Part shown: positions 26,633 through 38,692 of the stretch, piece after piece | Layout: every line of letters starts with the position of its first letter | Position numbering within the stretch: the first letter of the stretch is position 1 | Program-made: the position numbers and the translations under genes | The notes under the pieces: generated by a model | Seen by the model: only the letters and a program-made list of their open reading frames with translations | The model's database searches: none | Told to the model about the DNA's origin: nothing | From: Oculina patagonica | Taxonomy: Eukaryota | Direction: 5' to 3' | NCBI RefSeq assembly: GCF_052425735.1 | Contig: NC_135771.1 | Span: forward strand, 3,534,001 to 3,598,000 | DNA length: 64,000 bases

Positions 26633-28456
26633 TATGGCGGCCTTTTACGGACTAAATAACGAATGACTATACATCCATGTTATGTTGCATACATCGATGT
26701 TGTGTCAACTAAAAGATGTTCGATACAACTAAAAGATGTTCGATACAACTAAAAGATGTTCGATACAACTAAAAGATGTTCGATACAACTGAAAGATTTT
26801 TGATACAACTAAAAGATGTTCGTTACAACTAAAAGATACAAAGTATTTGATACAACTAAAAGATGTTTGTTACAACTAAAAGATATTCGAACCAACTAAA
26901 AGATGTTTGTTTCAAATAAAAGATGAGGAAGCGGAAATGAAGTTTGAAAACAGGAAGTGACATTTTACCCAGGTTCCAAGCGATCCAACGAACATTCAAA
27001 ATGGTTTCTGGTGGAGCTGCGATATGGCTGCCAGATTCACTAGATACAGAAAGAGTTTTTTTGGATTTAAGCAGGCGAATAACAAGTGCAGCTACTCAAT
27101 TCGATTCTTCGGAGTTCTTCATTCGTAGACTGGACGAATAGGAAAGAACTTTAAATGTTCTAACTGTAAGAATAGAAGAGTCATACGCACAGGAAACGGA
27201 TCAATTTAGGTTTCTGGGAAACTGCTCACCTACCCCTCCCCAAACCTAACATTTTGCCCAAAGCGATAAGTAAGGGTTAATGTTAGGTTTGGGTTGCTTA
27301 ATCGGGTACTTACACCAACTACTAGGTATCCTAGGCGAGCTACGACTGAAGTCACATCGAGAGAATCGCCGAAGAATCCAAAAGGAATCTTGATCCATTC
27401 GAAGAGTCGGTTACTTAGTCAGTCTATTGTATTGGTAAAAAGGAACGGTGAAGTGGGAAGACCATCCAATAGCAGTTGGAAACATTACATGTAAGTAACC
27501 GACTTCGGCGATTCTCTCGAAGTGACTTCATAGCTCGCCTAGGATATATATCTAGTAGTGATTAAGCTTCCTGTGCGTATGTCCAGTCTACGAATGAAGA
27601 ACTTCGAAGAATCGAATTGAGTGGCTTTGGTGTTTCGTTGTTGCTGTGCACTTGTTATTAGCCTGTTAAAATAAAATGGAAAAAACCTTTCTGTATCTGG
27701 CAGCCATATCGCAGCTCCACCAAAAGCCATTTTGTATGTGCGTTGGATCGCAGGAAACCTGGGTAAAATGTCACTTCCTGTTTTCAAAATTCATTTCCGC
27801 TTCCTCATCTTGGAAACAAACATCTTTTAGTTGGATCGAATATCTTTTAATTGTAACAAACATCTTTTAGGCTACGTTTACACGGACACGGTTATCAATC
27901 GACACGGTTTCATGACCTCGAAACCGCATCGAAAACGACACGGTTTCGAAGTGTTTACACGGAGCCTATTTAACGATTTTCCGACTGTTTTCGAATGTGA
28001 TTGTATAAGCCGAGCGCTGCTGTCTATGCTTGTTTCGCTATGTTTACCCTTCGCAAGCCAGCCAGTTCGTGCCAAAATACATGGCCGTTTTCAAATCGAT
28101 GCGGTTTCGCCGTTTTTGACCGTTTACACGACAACGAAACCGTATCGTTTTGAAAACGCTTCACTTTTGACAGCGTTTTCAAAACGACCCGGTTACAGTA
28201 GTGGTTTCGATCGGTGCCGTGTAAACGAAAGGCGTAACCGCATCGCTTTCGATGCGGTTACAAATGAAACCGTGTCCGTGTAAACGTAGCCTTAGTTGTA
28301 TCGAATACTTTGTATCTTTTAGTTGTAACGAACATCTTTTAGTTGTATCGAACATCTTTTAGTTGTATCGAACATCTTTTAGTTTACACAACATCGATGT
28401 ATGCCATAACATGGATGTATAGTCATTCGTTATTTAGTCCGTAAAAGGCCGCCATA
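26633..28456. mobile_element. Foldback-like non-autonomous DNA transposon with ~500-bp inverted arms and 6-bp TSD
   Basis: Ends TATGGCGGCCTTTTACGGACTAAATAACG / CGTTATTTAGTCCGTAAAAGGCCGCCATA; TSD CTTAAC on both sides; arms carry 20-bp tandem units CAACTAAAAGATGTTCGATA. Confidence 0.9.
27870..28291. mobile_element. PIF/Harbinger-type MITE nested in the right arm of the foldback element
   Basis: 22-bp perfect TIR GGCTACGTTTACACGGACACGG; TTA target duplication on both sides. Confidence 0.9.
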
Positions 28457-28611
28457 CTTAACTGTGAAAGAGGGTTCTAGTTTAGGTGTGAGATATATAG
28501 AGTAAGATGTTTGAGAAAGAAAGAGTAACACATTAAGTATACGTGTTATGTATTTTCCCATTTTACGTTTAAATTTCAGTTCCTAAGAGAATCTGCTCCT
28601 TTACGGTGACC

Positions 28612-31077
28612 ATGCGTGCTGTTGTTGTACAACTGCTGGTTGCCTCGCTTTCGTCCTTGGCACTTACAGAGGGCTCAAGAACAATATGCCAGCGGCCACC
28701 CGCGTGGACGATCAATCAACTGAACCCAATGGCTGAAGCGCGATCAAAAGGTCACGTGGTAATCTTGGGATTGATGCTTGCCAGCTGACGATTTTGTCAG
28801 TGGCAGGCTGAGCGCTTGAACCTCATGTATAAAAAAATTGTTGTGAAGAGGTAAGATGCGAGAAATGCCTTGTCAGTTGCGTGTGTTAAAAAAAAACTGT
28901 CTGATGCCACGACTTTTCTTCAACGCTTTTTGACTTGACCACAGGCAGACCACCCTATGTGTTCGTGGTTAATAATTGTTGCCATAAATAAGATTATGTT
29001 GAAATCAATGGCGCATATAGAAGATATATAGAGAAACATTACGTCGGCTAGTGTGGCACTTTTGTAGAGCTGCGTGCCGCAAATTAAGAAGGAAAGGGGG
29101 GGGGCCGTTAAAAAAATTTTTTTTGGGGGAGGTTTTTTTATAAAAAATTTTTTTTTTTTTTTCTTATTTTTCAAAAAAAAAGGCGAGTTTTTTTTTTTAT
29201 TTTTTTTTTTTTTCGATTTACTACAAAGTCGACGTAATGTTTCTTTATATATCTTCTATATGCGCCATTGATTTCAACATAATCTTATGTCAAAAATTAT
29301 TAACCACGATCACATAGGGTGGTCTGCCGGTGACTTGACTTCCGTTGCTGCAAAAGCCGCACAACGTTTTCAAGCCTCAAACCCCAAACTTGAAATGCCC
29401 CTCTATTCGATTTCAAGTGAAAAATCTTTCGGTTGGCCAGGTTGGGAATTCGAGTTTACTATGAGCTACTTTATTCTTACAATAACAGAAAAGTAATGCT
29501 GGTTTTGAAAAAAGAAAGAAGAGTTTACAATTATTGTTATCCATCGGAAATACACGAGCAATCAGTAGCAGGATACGCCCAACATTTTGTAAAGTAACCG
29601 TAGAGTGAGTAGGTTTAATTTTCTTAAAATTCTGCTGCACTGCGCGTCTGCTGCGAAGCTCTTGTTTAGGCCACCGCGCCTTGCACAAGAAGCAAATGTG
29701 CTAATTTTCTAACACACTATCACTTTAATTTCCTTACTACAGGAATATCACTGATATTTCTTTCATGATTCTGAACATGAAAAAAGCCGCAGCCTCGATC
29801 TCTGAGTTAGAAAGGAGAGTCTCGTTCCCAGTCTACCAAGAGCCAGCCAATCGAGACATCATGGCAATGCTGGGTGGAAAGAAAGACGACATGTTGATCT
29901 ATGATCGATGTGGACTCTTAGTTCATCACTGGAAGATGCCCCTGAGCTATATGGGATATTCATTTGTCTGGTAATTAATTTAACAAGCTCTGCATTTTAC
30001 TTTTTCGGAGATCCGTATGCAACCATCGTCCCAAAATCTACTTCAGGCTAAGATGGCCCCACTTATTATACCAAGGCATGAGAGATGCGTTGGCCTAATG
30101 CATGGTTAGTGCGCTGGACTCTGGATCGAACGGTCTGGGTTCGAGCCCTGGCCGGAGTCATTGTATTTTGTTCTTGGGCAAGACACTTTACTCTCACAGT
30201 ACCTCTCTCCACCCAGGTGTATAAATGGGTACCCCGGCGAATTGTAGGGGCAACTTGACAGAATGCTGCAAAGTAACTTGCGGTGGACTAGCATCCCATC
30301 CAGGGGGGGGGGGGGGAGGGAGGAGCGTAGCAATACTCCTAGCTGCTTCATGTTACAGAAACCGGAGTTACGTGCCGAGAGCTTTGAGTCAGTTGAGCTT
30401 GAAAGGCTTTACGTTTTCGTTGCTAAAGGAACAGACGTAGTAGCGCAAAATATGAGAACTTTATACGTACGTGGAAATTAATTCTTAATTGCCAATCAAA
30501 TCAACTTTGTTTTCGAGGGGCACGAGTCTTCGACGACAACCGTGGCCCCGGATCCCGACGAATTGGAATTTAGAAGTGTTGGTTTTGTGGAGGGAGGAAA
30601 ACCGGAGAACCCGGAGAAAAACCCCGGAGCAAGGACGAGAACCAACAACAAACTCAACCCACATATGGTATCTGGCAGGAATCGAACCCGGACCACATTG
30701 GTGGGAGGCGAGCGCTCTCACCACTGCGCCATCCCTGCTCCCCCAAAATACCATTTTTAGATATTTTCACTTGATATAGGAGAGAATTCGTAAATTCAAA
30801 AAGCTTTGTTTGTGTTCCCAGGAATTCCTTAGTGAACGTTTATAACAACAAGATTCCAAATTGTCAGCCACATTGTCCAACAACCGCCATGACCCAGTCC
30901 CCGACAACCATGCCTATTACGTCACAAGAAGTTTCAACCAATCCCACTTCAGAAAGTGCTACGTCACAGCCTCGACTTGAAACTACGACTAGGTCGTCAC
31001 CCGTGACAACGAAGGAAACATTCAACAGTAACGGAGTAAACCAAAGGAATGTAACAAGCGAAGACGAAACGCCATAA
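28612..31077 (+). CDS. SELENOP: Selenoprotein P-family protein, single Sec (U59 in a URFC motif), 3 coding exons, 240 aa, Thr/Ser/Pro-rich tail
   Basis: Exons 28612-28850, 29743-29970, 30822-31077 (phase 2/2). Signal peptide, CQRPPAW, GHVVILGLMLAS-TGA(28786-28788)-RFCQWQAERL, FPVYQE, LGGKKDDMLIYDRCG: SelP N-terminal domain hallmarks. SECIS downstream. Confidence 0.93.
28940..29332. mobile_element. Palindromic TIR element with 7-bp TSD in SelP-1 intron 1
   Basis: ~110-bp inverted arms (CACAGGCAGACCACCCTATGTG / CACATAGGGTGGTCTGCCGGTG); TSD ACTTGAC; the centre is homopolymer-rich. Confidence 0.8.
30080..30412 (+). mobile_element. tRNA-derived SINE with CORE-like body, SelP-1 intron 2
   Basis: A box TGGCCTAATG..GG, B box GGTTCGAGCCC, then CTTGGGCAAGACACTTTACTCTCAC..CCACCCAGGTGTATAAATGGGTAC. 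Confidence 0.8.
30495..30744 (-). mobile_element. tRNA-derived SINE with the same head and core as 6493-6746 but a different tail
   Basis: Minus strand GGGGAGCAGGGATGGCGCAGTGGTGAGAGCGCTCGCC..GGTTCGATTCC; near-identical to the 6.5-kb copy for ~185 bp. Confidence 0.85.
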
Positions 31078-31307
31078 AATAGATAAATATTTTATTCCTT
31101 AAGATTAATTTTTGAGTGTCGTTTAAGTGTATTTTAATAGCATAGTAATTTTTATTCGCCAGGATAACTTTGGCGCCCAAGTTTTTTAATCTGGAAGCTT
31201 TGTTAAAACATGACAAGCAGACAAAAAAGTGAAAGTTGTTTGTTTCGATGAAAATCGACAAAGTGATAGAAAGAAAAGCGTCACGAAATAATTTTAATTT
31301 TTCTGAC

Positions 31308-31374
31308 AGCTCTTGACTCCTGAATGACGAAGTTGCATGAAACCATTAACGTGCTACTTTTGATGGTTGGAGCT
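31308..31374 (+). promoter_or_regulatory. SECIS element of SelP-1
   Basis: ATGAC (31324) / TGAT (31361) quartet; helix II GAAGTTGCATG / CGTGCTACTTT (11 bp, one mismatch); apical loop AAACCATTAA; helix I AGCTC / GAGCT; ~230 nt after the stop. Confidence 0.9.
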
Positions 31375-34300
31375 AACGCTGTGCAAAAGTTGAAATTATT
31401 TCAATGACTTTCTACGAGATCGTTGCTTCAGTATCTATCTGGCGAGAAATACAGTTTATAAAGAAGTTTTCATAAAGTATTTTGTAATCAAAGATTAAAG
31501 TTTAAAACTGAGTTTTTAGCTGTAGTCTTCTTTCTTAATTAAAAAAAAACCCACACTGTTAAAATTGCCTTATCGTATTCGGGGAAAAAAGTACCTTTTT
31601 CACCAGGACGATATTTTTTGATGACTACAAGGTGACGTGAACTCTAGAAGAGTTTATAAATGTCATAGTCTGGTGAACATTTTACAATATGGAGCTTTTC
31701 AAATTTGCAAATGAAAACCGGTTATTAACTATAAAAGCTGCATACGTTTTTCAGTCCGATAAAATTTTAATCGGTACCCGCTGAAGGTTTCACTGCCGCA
31801 GATATTCTTGGTTTATGGCAACCACAAACTCATTAATTCTACCTCAACAAAGGTCGATGTGAAAAATGGAATTTTGAGTTTAATAGCATGACACAATTAA
31901 GTTTAAAAATTCTAGCGTTTGTTTTGGGAACTTAAAAAGTGAGTATGAATATAAAAATGCAATCAGTACAAAATATGGTTTTCAAACAAAATGACACTTC
32001 CACCTACTTCATGACATAACATCAACTTTATTTTGTTTTGAGTTAAAGTAGCTAACAAATATATATCAGTAGCGAACATCTTCAAGAAGTACACTAAAAT
32101 CGGTTAAAGAGAAAATAAAAATACGATACACACATAAAAAAGAAAAATATATATGTATCATATAAATGTATATATAAGCAGAAGCGTCTAAACGAAGATA
32201 GTGCTTCGATGTTTCTCTTGAACTTTCATAATCTTAAAGTAGAATGCATAGGATTCTTGAAAATTATTTGCAGATTTACCGTATTTCGTGACTAATGCCC
32301 TTAGTTTGTGATAGTTTTGCCCAGTTGTGGCTTGTGTTCATTGTCAACAGACACAATAAACATTAACGAGAAATGCACTCGTTGTTTTCTTACACAAAAG
32401 AAAAAGGCGAAACTTAGTATAACATTTGAGTATACAAATAATTGCGTTGTCGCTATGGTGTCTTAACGGGGTTTGACTGTAATCCATGCTCATTGTTGGT
32501 GGGGGAGGGGGGGGGGGGATGTTTTTGATCATTGAAAAAATATTACATAATTTAGCAGATTGTCGCTGGCACGCATTTAACCAGAGAGACAAATAAAGAG
32601 ACAGCAGGTAGTATAATCCTCTTCGCGGACGCCAGTGAGTTTTCCAGAATGCGACCAGTTTGAGAAGTAAGTATAGTTTCCTTTATTGAGGGGATTTTCA
32701 CGTTTTTCAAGGAACTTAAAATCCGGCATTTCCAATTTTCAAACTGCTTACCATAATTCTGATGTTAGTTACCTTTGTGGAAATCTAAACTCCAATCAAC
32801 ATTGTGATTAGCTGACATTGAAGTTGATGTACAATTTGAATGTGTTTCTGAATGACTTATTTCAATAACAATATAAAAAAGTTAAGAATGATGTAATGTA
32901 TATAATTTTTTTGGGTTTTTTGTTTTTTTTTTTTTTCATTTGTCCTAAGAACATTTTTTGGCTCAAATGGTCTTGAAACTTAGCACGTCTAGCCTAAGCC
33001 AAAAAAAAAAATTTTTCTACAAAATAACGAGAGCGTACGATTATTTCTTGGAAAACTTTTGTTGCTATCTAGTATATAAGTTGACTGTTTCGTAATCTGA
33101 TAATGTTTTCCTCGCGAACTTTTCTCCTAAAACAATCCACCTTCAAATCTCGGATAGATGGGCTTTGTTATAAAAGATAGATGCTTTGGTTAGGAACAGA
33201 TGATATTATTCAATACTAAACATCTTTAAGTTTGTTTGTGCCAAGGTTTTGGCAGCACGTTTGTTTCAACTTTCAGCTTTATCGCTTTCATGGTACCTAA
33301 TACATTGTTTAGGCTTACATCTAAACTGATTGATGCAATATAAGAGATGAGGGAGTTTACAGAAATACAAAAAAGCTTGAATTTATAGCTCACTAGCTTA
33401 TAAGGTTGATAAACAAGTTAAAAATTCTGTTTTGGGAAGTTCCTAACGACTTAAATCTGGGAAACATAAGATTAGGCAAAAAGAGAGTATGAAGATATTA
33501 AAACTCAACACGAGTATGGTTTCCAAACAGTTGTCTCCAAAATGGCATTTCCACTTGTCATAAACTTGTTTGGGATTCTTGGAATTATTCCAAGATTTAA
33601 CATGTTTCGTGACAAATGCCCTTTGTTTGTGGTAGTTTTGCTTCTTTGTGGCTTGCGGGCCATTGTCAACAGTCACAATAAACATTCGAGAAATGCACTC
33701 ATTGTTTTTTTTTACACACAAAGACAGAAGCAAAATCATTTTATTGAATTTTAAAAACCAGAAATATTTAGGTAACAATATAGACTGTTGATCTCCAAGT
33801 CCTCTGTATGTCCCAACAACAAAAAGGAAACTGTATGACTAATAACAAACAAGTCTGCGCTATTTTAGTTAGGTGAGTTTTGCGAGACAAGTGTTAATTA
33901 ATTTTCCTATCGGAAAGTTTGTCAATGCCATAACTATTACAGAAAAGTAAGTATTGAATCAATCTGTTTATTTTTTTCCGGCTTTTTCTTTCAGACTTCT
34001 TTTTCACACCCGTGCAAACATAAATGCCTTTGGGAAGTGCTAAGTTGTGTTGTGGAAACTAGCGAAAAACCTGCGAACAACAAAGAAAAAACCACAACAA
34101 TGAAAACGTTTACAGAAATAGCTACTTTGGGTGCCAGTGGGTTTTTTACGTGACTTGTGCGACAAAGCTTGCAAAGTGCGATCTGTGAGAGGCGAAGCCG
34201 AGCAAAAAAATAGAACGGCTCTGTAAGAAATAGCAGACGATTGATAAAACAAAATGCAAAAATGAGATAAAAATAGTCATGTTTTTAATTTATAAGTGCA

Positions 34301-35717
34301 AACAACTTTTTTGGTTTGTTTACAAACTACAGTTGGAAGCCAATTCAAAATAGAAAAGAAACAAATTCCTATCAAATTTTTGAATGTAGAGATGATCTAT
34401 TTTTATTTATTTATTGTAGTATTGTTTTAATGAATAGTACCACAGGAGACAGCCTGTACATTCAAGTCAATTTAGTCAGCAATTTTCAAAGATCCATTAA
34501 AATTTGAGTGGAAACTCCTGTGGAAAATAACAATATGATCTTATCCGGCGAAAGCAGCTGTTTGTTATTGTGTCTTTTGGTGGATTCCGCAGAATTTTCG
34601 TTTTTGTCAAAACTGCACTTAGAGAGGGCAAACGTGCGCTTAAGTTGCTATAGTTTGTGCCAAGGAAGCAAAAGTATTAAGAATGACGTGCTCTTATTTT
34701 GAAGTTTTTTTTGTACTTTCTCAAATTACCCGCGTTAATCACTCTCAGCGCGAATGAAAATCAATTGAAGGTAAGCCACTATTTTATATCCCATCTTTTC
34801 ACTATGTATATAACGATCTAAATGGAGAATAATACACTTAGTATTCCATGTTAAGAATTTAAGCTGGATGTTCAAAACCATTAATTTGATGTAAAAATAA
34901 ATACTGCCTTTATCCTATGGAAGAGAAGTTTGATATTGCATGTATGGAAAATCTCTGAGCTTTATGGAAAAATATGAACAGATCAAAATATATAAAAACT
35001 TAGATACCTACCCACCCATTGAATTAGAACTATCTCGAACTATAAACCCATAGTCAGTAGAGGCTACATGCCATGAAACAGAACAAGACGCCTAAAGCTT
35101 AATGCTTAAAACCGGGCGGTTGATGTTTAACTACTTCATTAGACAAGTACAGCAAACACTTTTAAAATACCATTTAATTTATATTGAGTAACACGCAAGT
35201 CTGTGGATTGCTTGTCCATGCTTAGACAAATTCCTGCTTAGGCTTTCAAATTTTTATTTTTCTTCCGAATACTGAATAACCTAGGTATTGGAAACGTTTT
35301 GTGTGCAATCTTGAATAAATGAACTCAAACCAGTTAAATGGCAGTACAAATGATCTCCGACCGAAACAAACAAACAATTTCGTTAAAAACTAAGACGTGT
35401 TTTTACATGTAAACATTTTTAAAAATGTACCACACCAAAAAAATGGGAATAAGAACAAGATAAGAAAGCTTTTCAGCTTTCAAACATGATAGCTCCTCAA
35501 GTCAATTTTGGGAAGCAGTCACCCAAAGGCAAGTTCTTGATTGCGTGATTCATTGCAGGTCATTTCTCCATCGCCGTTCGGTTCCGACTGAAACTCAAAA
35601 CCCTTGAATGAAAAACCAAAAATATATATTTTATATTCCTCGCTAAAAAGAGCGAAGTAACCAGAAAATTACAGTATTGGTTCCTGCTCGAATAAAACGA
35701 GTAACATAAATAATAAA

Positions 35718-36526
35718 CATAGGCGTACGGGCACCTTCGGACCTGGGGGGGCGGAGACCTAATTGCCCGAAAAATAAAATGACATGCATTGAAAGCCGAA
35801 TAAAAAGGCATTTTAAATGGATAACGAAACGTGCATTGAAATAGTTGTGTACAAACCTCAACTTGCCTGCTTGCTTTAAGGAAACGATCGTGTTCTTTTA
35901 TTAATCTCGTGGTGTTGCCCGAAGATGTCAATGCACTGTATCTTTTTTCTTCGGAAATATAATTATTATTTATCCACTCCTGAGTTCAGCAAAAATTAAC
36001 GTATTTTCGGGCAGCCAATTTACATTCCCTCACTTGAAAGATATGTAAAAGCGTGCATGTCAGGTAAATGGGTTAAAACATTTCGTTAAAAGTTTTGAGC
36101 TAGGCCTTACAACTTAACATTTGAGTCAAAGCACTAGTTTGTTTCAAGGTCTTAGGCTGGATTCACCGTGCGCAAACGGTCGAGCTACGGAGAATCCTTA
36201 CTTCTGGTTACCCTCGCCAATTTCCTTCTTACTTCAAAATGATTGTAACTGAATCAAACTGTGGAGTAACACAAAATTTGCGAGGAAAATCGAACGAGAT
36301 TATAGCAATTGACATGAGAAATCAGTTAGACTTTTGAACCACAAAGTTATATTTCCAATACTTTTTTCTGTTGATGTAATTCGTTTTGAACGTCCTGTTG
36401 AGATTTGTCGGCTTGTTTTCTATTTTTTCTCTAGGCTTGTTGCCCGAATTCCAAGCATTTTGCCCGAAAAATTTCGGCACTGGGGGGGCTGCAGCCCCCC
36501 TCGCCCCCCCGCCTCGTACGCCTATG
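35718..36526. mobile_element. hAT-like MITE
   Basis: TIR CATAGGCGTACG / CGTACGCCTATG with G/C-run subterminal motifs; imperfect 8-bp flanks ATAATAAA / ATAACAAG. Confidence 0.75.
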
Positions 36527-37728
36527 ATAACAAGAACATTGAGAAGCTTGAGAAGCTTAAAATCGGGCGCTTTGCCTTGAAAGGCAGGGTTCAGTACAGC
36601 AGAAACCACGAAGCAGTTACTTAAGTTAAGCACTCAGTCCGACTGTGTTTGTGTAAGTCACAGGGCTTGCATGAGCTGTATTAGTGTGCATAATATAATG
36701 TCTAGAACGTTGTCGAGATTGCATTATTACTTAAAGACATGATGGTTTCAATTTATAAATGTATCTCACACAATACAAATAAATGATTGAAGTAGACGAA
36801 TAGACAATGTAAAGTTTTAAGACTTAGCAAAGTGCAGTGTATTGGTAATACTGTAAGGTGCGGTTTCACCTGAAGGTCGTGTGCTTTTCGGTATTTTCCA
36901 GGCATTGCACTTTGATGGGACAGTACTACAACTGTTTACCGGGGAACCACTATTGTCAAGAAAATGATCACAACTTGTTGATGAATGATTGAACATTTGT
37001 TTCATACCATTACTGTAATAGCAATTGATGGAGGCTTTTAGTCCTGAACCAAAGTATAAGGACTGGGAAATACTGAAACCCATTATCAGCCACCTTAAAC
37101 GGAAATATCTTGTTGGTGTTTCAAGGAATCCAAGGAAACTTCACTCATCCCATGTATCTATGTATTGCGGTATTTTGTAATTTTTTGAGTGATTTTTGGG
37201 GATGTTTGGCAGGTGATAGTTTTTTTAAAAGAATTAGTAAAATTTAGACAACTAAGAAATATTGAAAATTTAATGTGAATTTAACATTGGAATTTGAAGT
37301 TAGAAATTGGCAGACGGACACCAAACAGCCCCGTGACATCCTGGAGTGTTTTTGCATGGGGGTCAACTGTGTGATGATGTTTCCATTTTTTTCTTCAATC
37401 CCCACTGATAAAGAACTGTTGTTGGTGTTATGTTGGTGTTATCACATGTCAAGCCTTTAACAAGGTATGAAAGAACACAAGGATTTAAATTATTCTGGTG
37501 CTCAATTTTTGCGTAACTAAAATTAATGTTACTCAAATTCCTGATGGATTCTGTCTTAAACTGTTACGAGCTTAGTATTTCCAAATTATTGCATGTCAAT
37601 GTAAGGCAAGACAAGACATGCCTTGGTTCTTATGTAATTCTCTTAAAAACACATAAGATATTGACTATAATTTTGTCTGTGCTATGGCAATTCACAGTGG
37701 GGTGGTCTTGATGTGTCTTTAACTTGTA

Positions 37729-38692
37729 GACTGGACTGGACTAGTAAAACGCGGACTAGTAAAACGCGGACTTGTAAAACGCCTCTAGACACTTCGAATT
37801 CCTTGGCCACAATCATCTTACGGCTCTCTTCAATACATAATGTCTCAAAAAAACAGTAACCTCAGAAAGAAGTCAGAAGCAAATAAGGTCGAAAGACCGA
37901 ATTTGAACATATAACGGCAAATGTTCTAATGTCACGAACGTAGGAGTCGTGTAGGCCCGTCACCTTTATTTACCACATACTGCCCCCAAATTAAAACAGT
38001 ACCCTCAGAAAGAAGTCAGAAGCAAATAAGGTCGAAAGACCGAATTTAAACATTTAACGGCAAATATTCTAATGTCACGAACGTAGGAGTCGTGTAGGCC
38101 CGTCACCTTTATTTACGATTGACTGTTGATTTCTGGACGGGCCCCGTTCTACCTCGTGCGAGCAATAAAAACGACTGCACTCAACAGACGTCAAGTAGTG
38201 GAAAGAAAGAAACATATGCACACAACTCATAGCATCAATCCCGTTGTTTTAGTAGGGGTTTGCAGAACGAACATGTGCTATACTGCAAAAACATCTCCAC
38301 GCTAAAACAGACCATAGAGTGCTCAAAAAAGCTAGAAATATGCCGTCGAAGAAACACACAAGAGCTTCAAACACAAATTGTTTCGCTCGCTAAACCGTTT
38401 AGTTTTATCCGATTTACAAGCGCTTGTTTTACAAGTCCGCGCTCTACAAGTCCGTGCTTAACAAGCCCTCGTTTTACAAGTCCGCGTTTTACAAGTCCGC
38501 GTTTTACTAGTCCGCGTTTTACTAGTCCGCCTTTTACAAGTCCGCGTTTTACCTGAGTCCGCGTTTTACTAGTCCGCGTTTTACAAGTCCGCGTTTTACT
38601 AGTCCGCGTTATACTAGTCCGCGTTTTACAATTCCGCGTTTTACTAGTCCGCGTTTTACTAGTCCAGTCCAGTCCTCAAAATACAGTATGCC
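37729..38692. mobile_element. TIR element whose ends are arrays of the 15-mer AGTCCGCGTTTTACT
   Basis: GACTGGACTGGACTAGTAAAACGCG on the left and ~16 inverted copies on the right (38410-38674); internal direct repeat of ~143-bp period (37850 / 37993). Confidence 0.75.

Noticed and set aside
26704-26925. CRISPR-like array of 20-bp repeats (also 38410-38674 and 41318-41915)
   Set aside because: Repeats are contiguous without unique spacers, lie inside TIR elements, and there are no cas genes; the context is eukaryotic.
27831-28283. 150-aa ORF
   Set aside because: It lies almost entirely within the Harbinger MITE and has no transposase motifs.
31400-31680. A second SECIS for SelP-1 (ATGA motifs at ~31404 and 31621)
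   Set aside because: No correctly spaced apical AA with helix II and a 3' GA partner.
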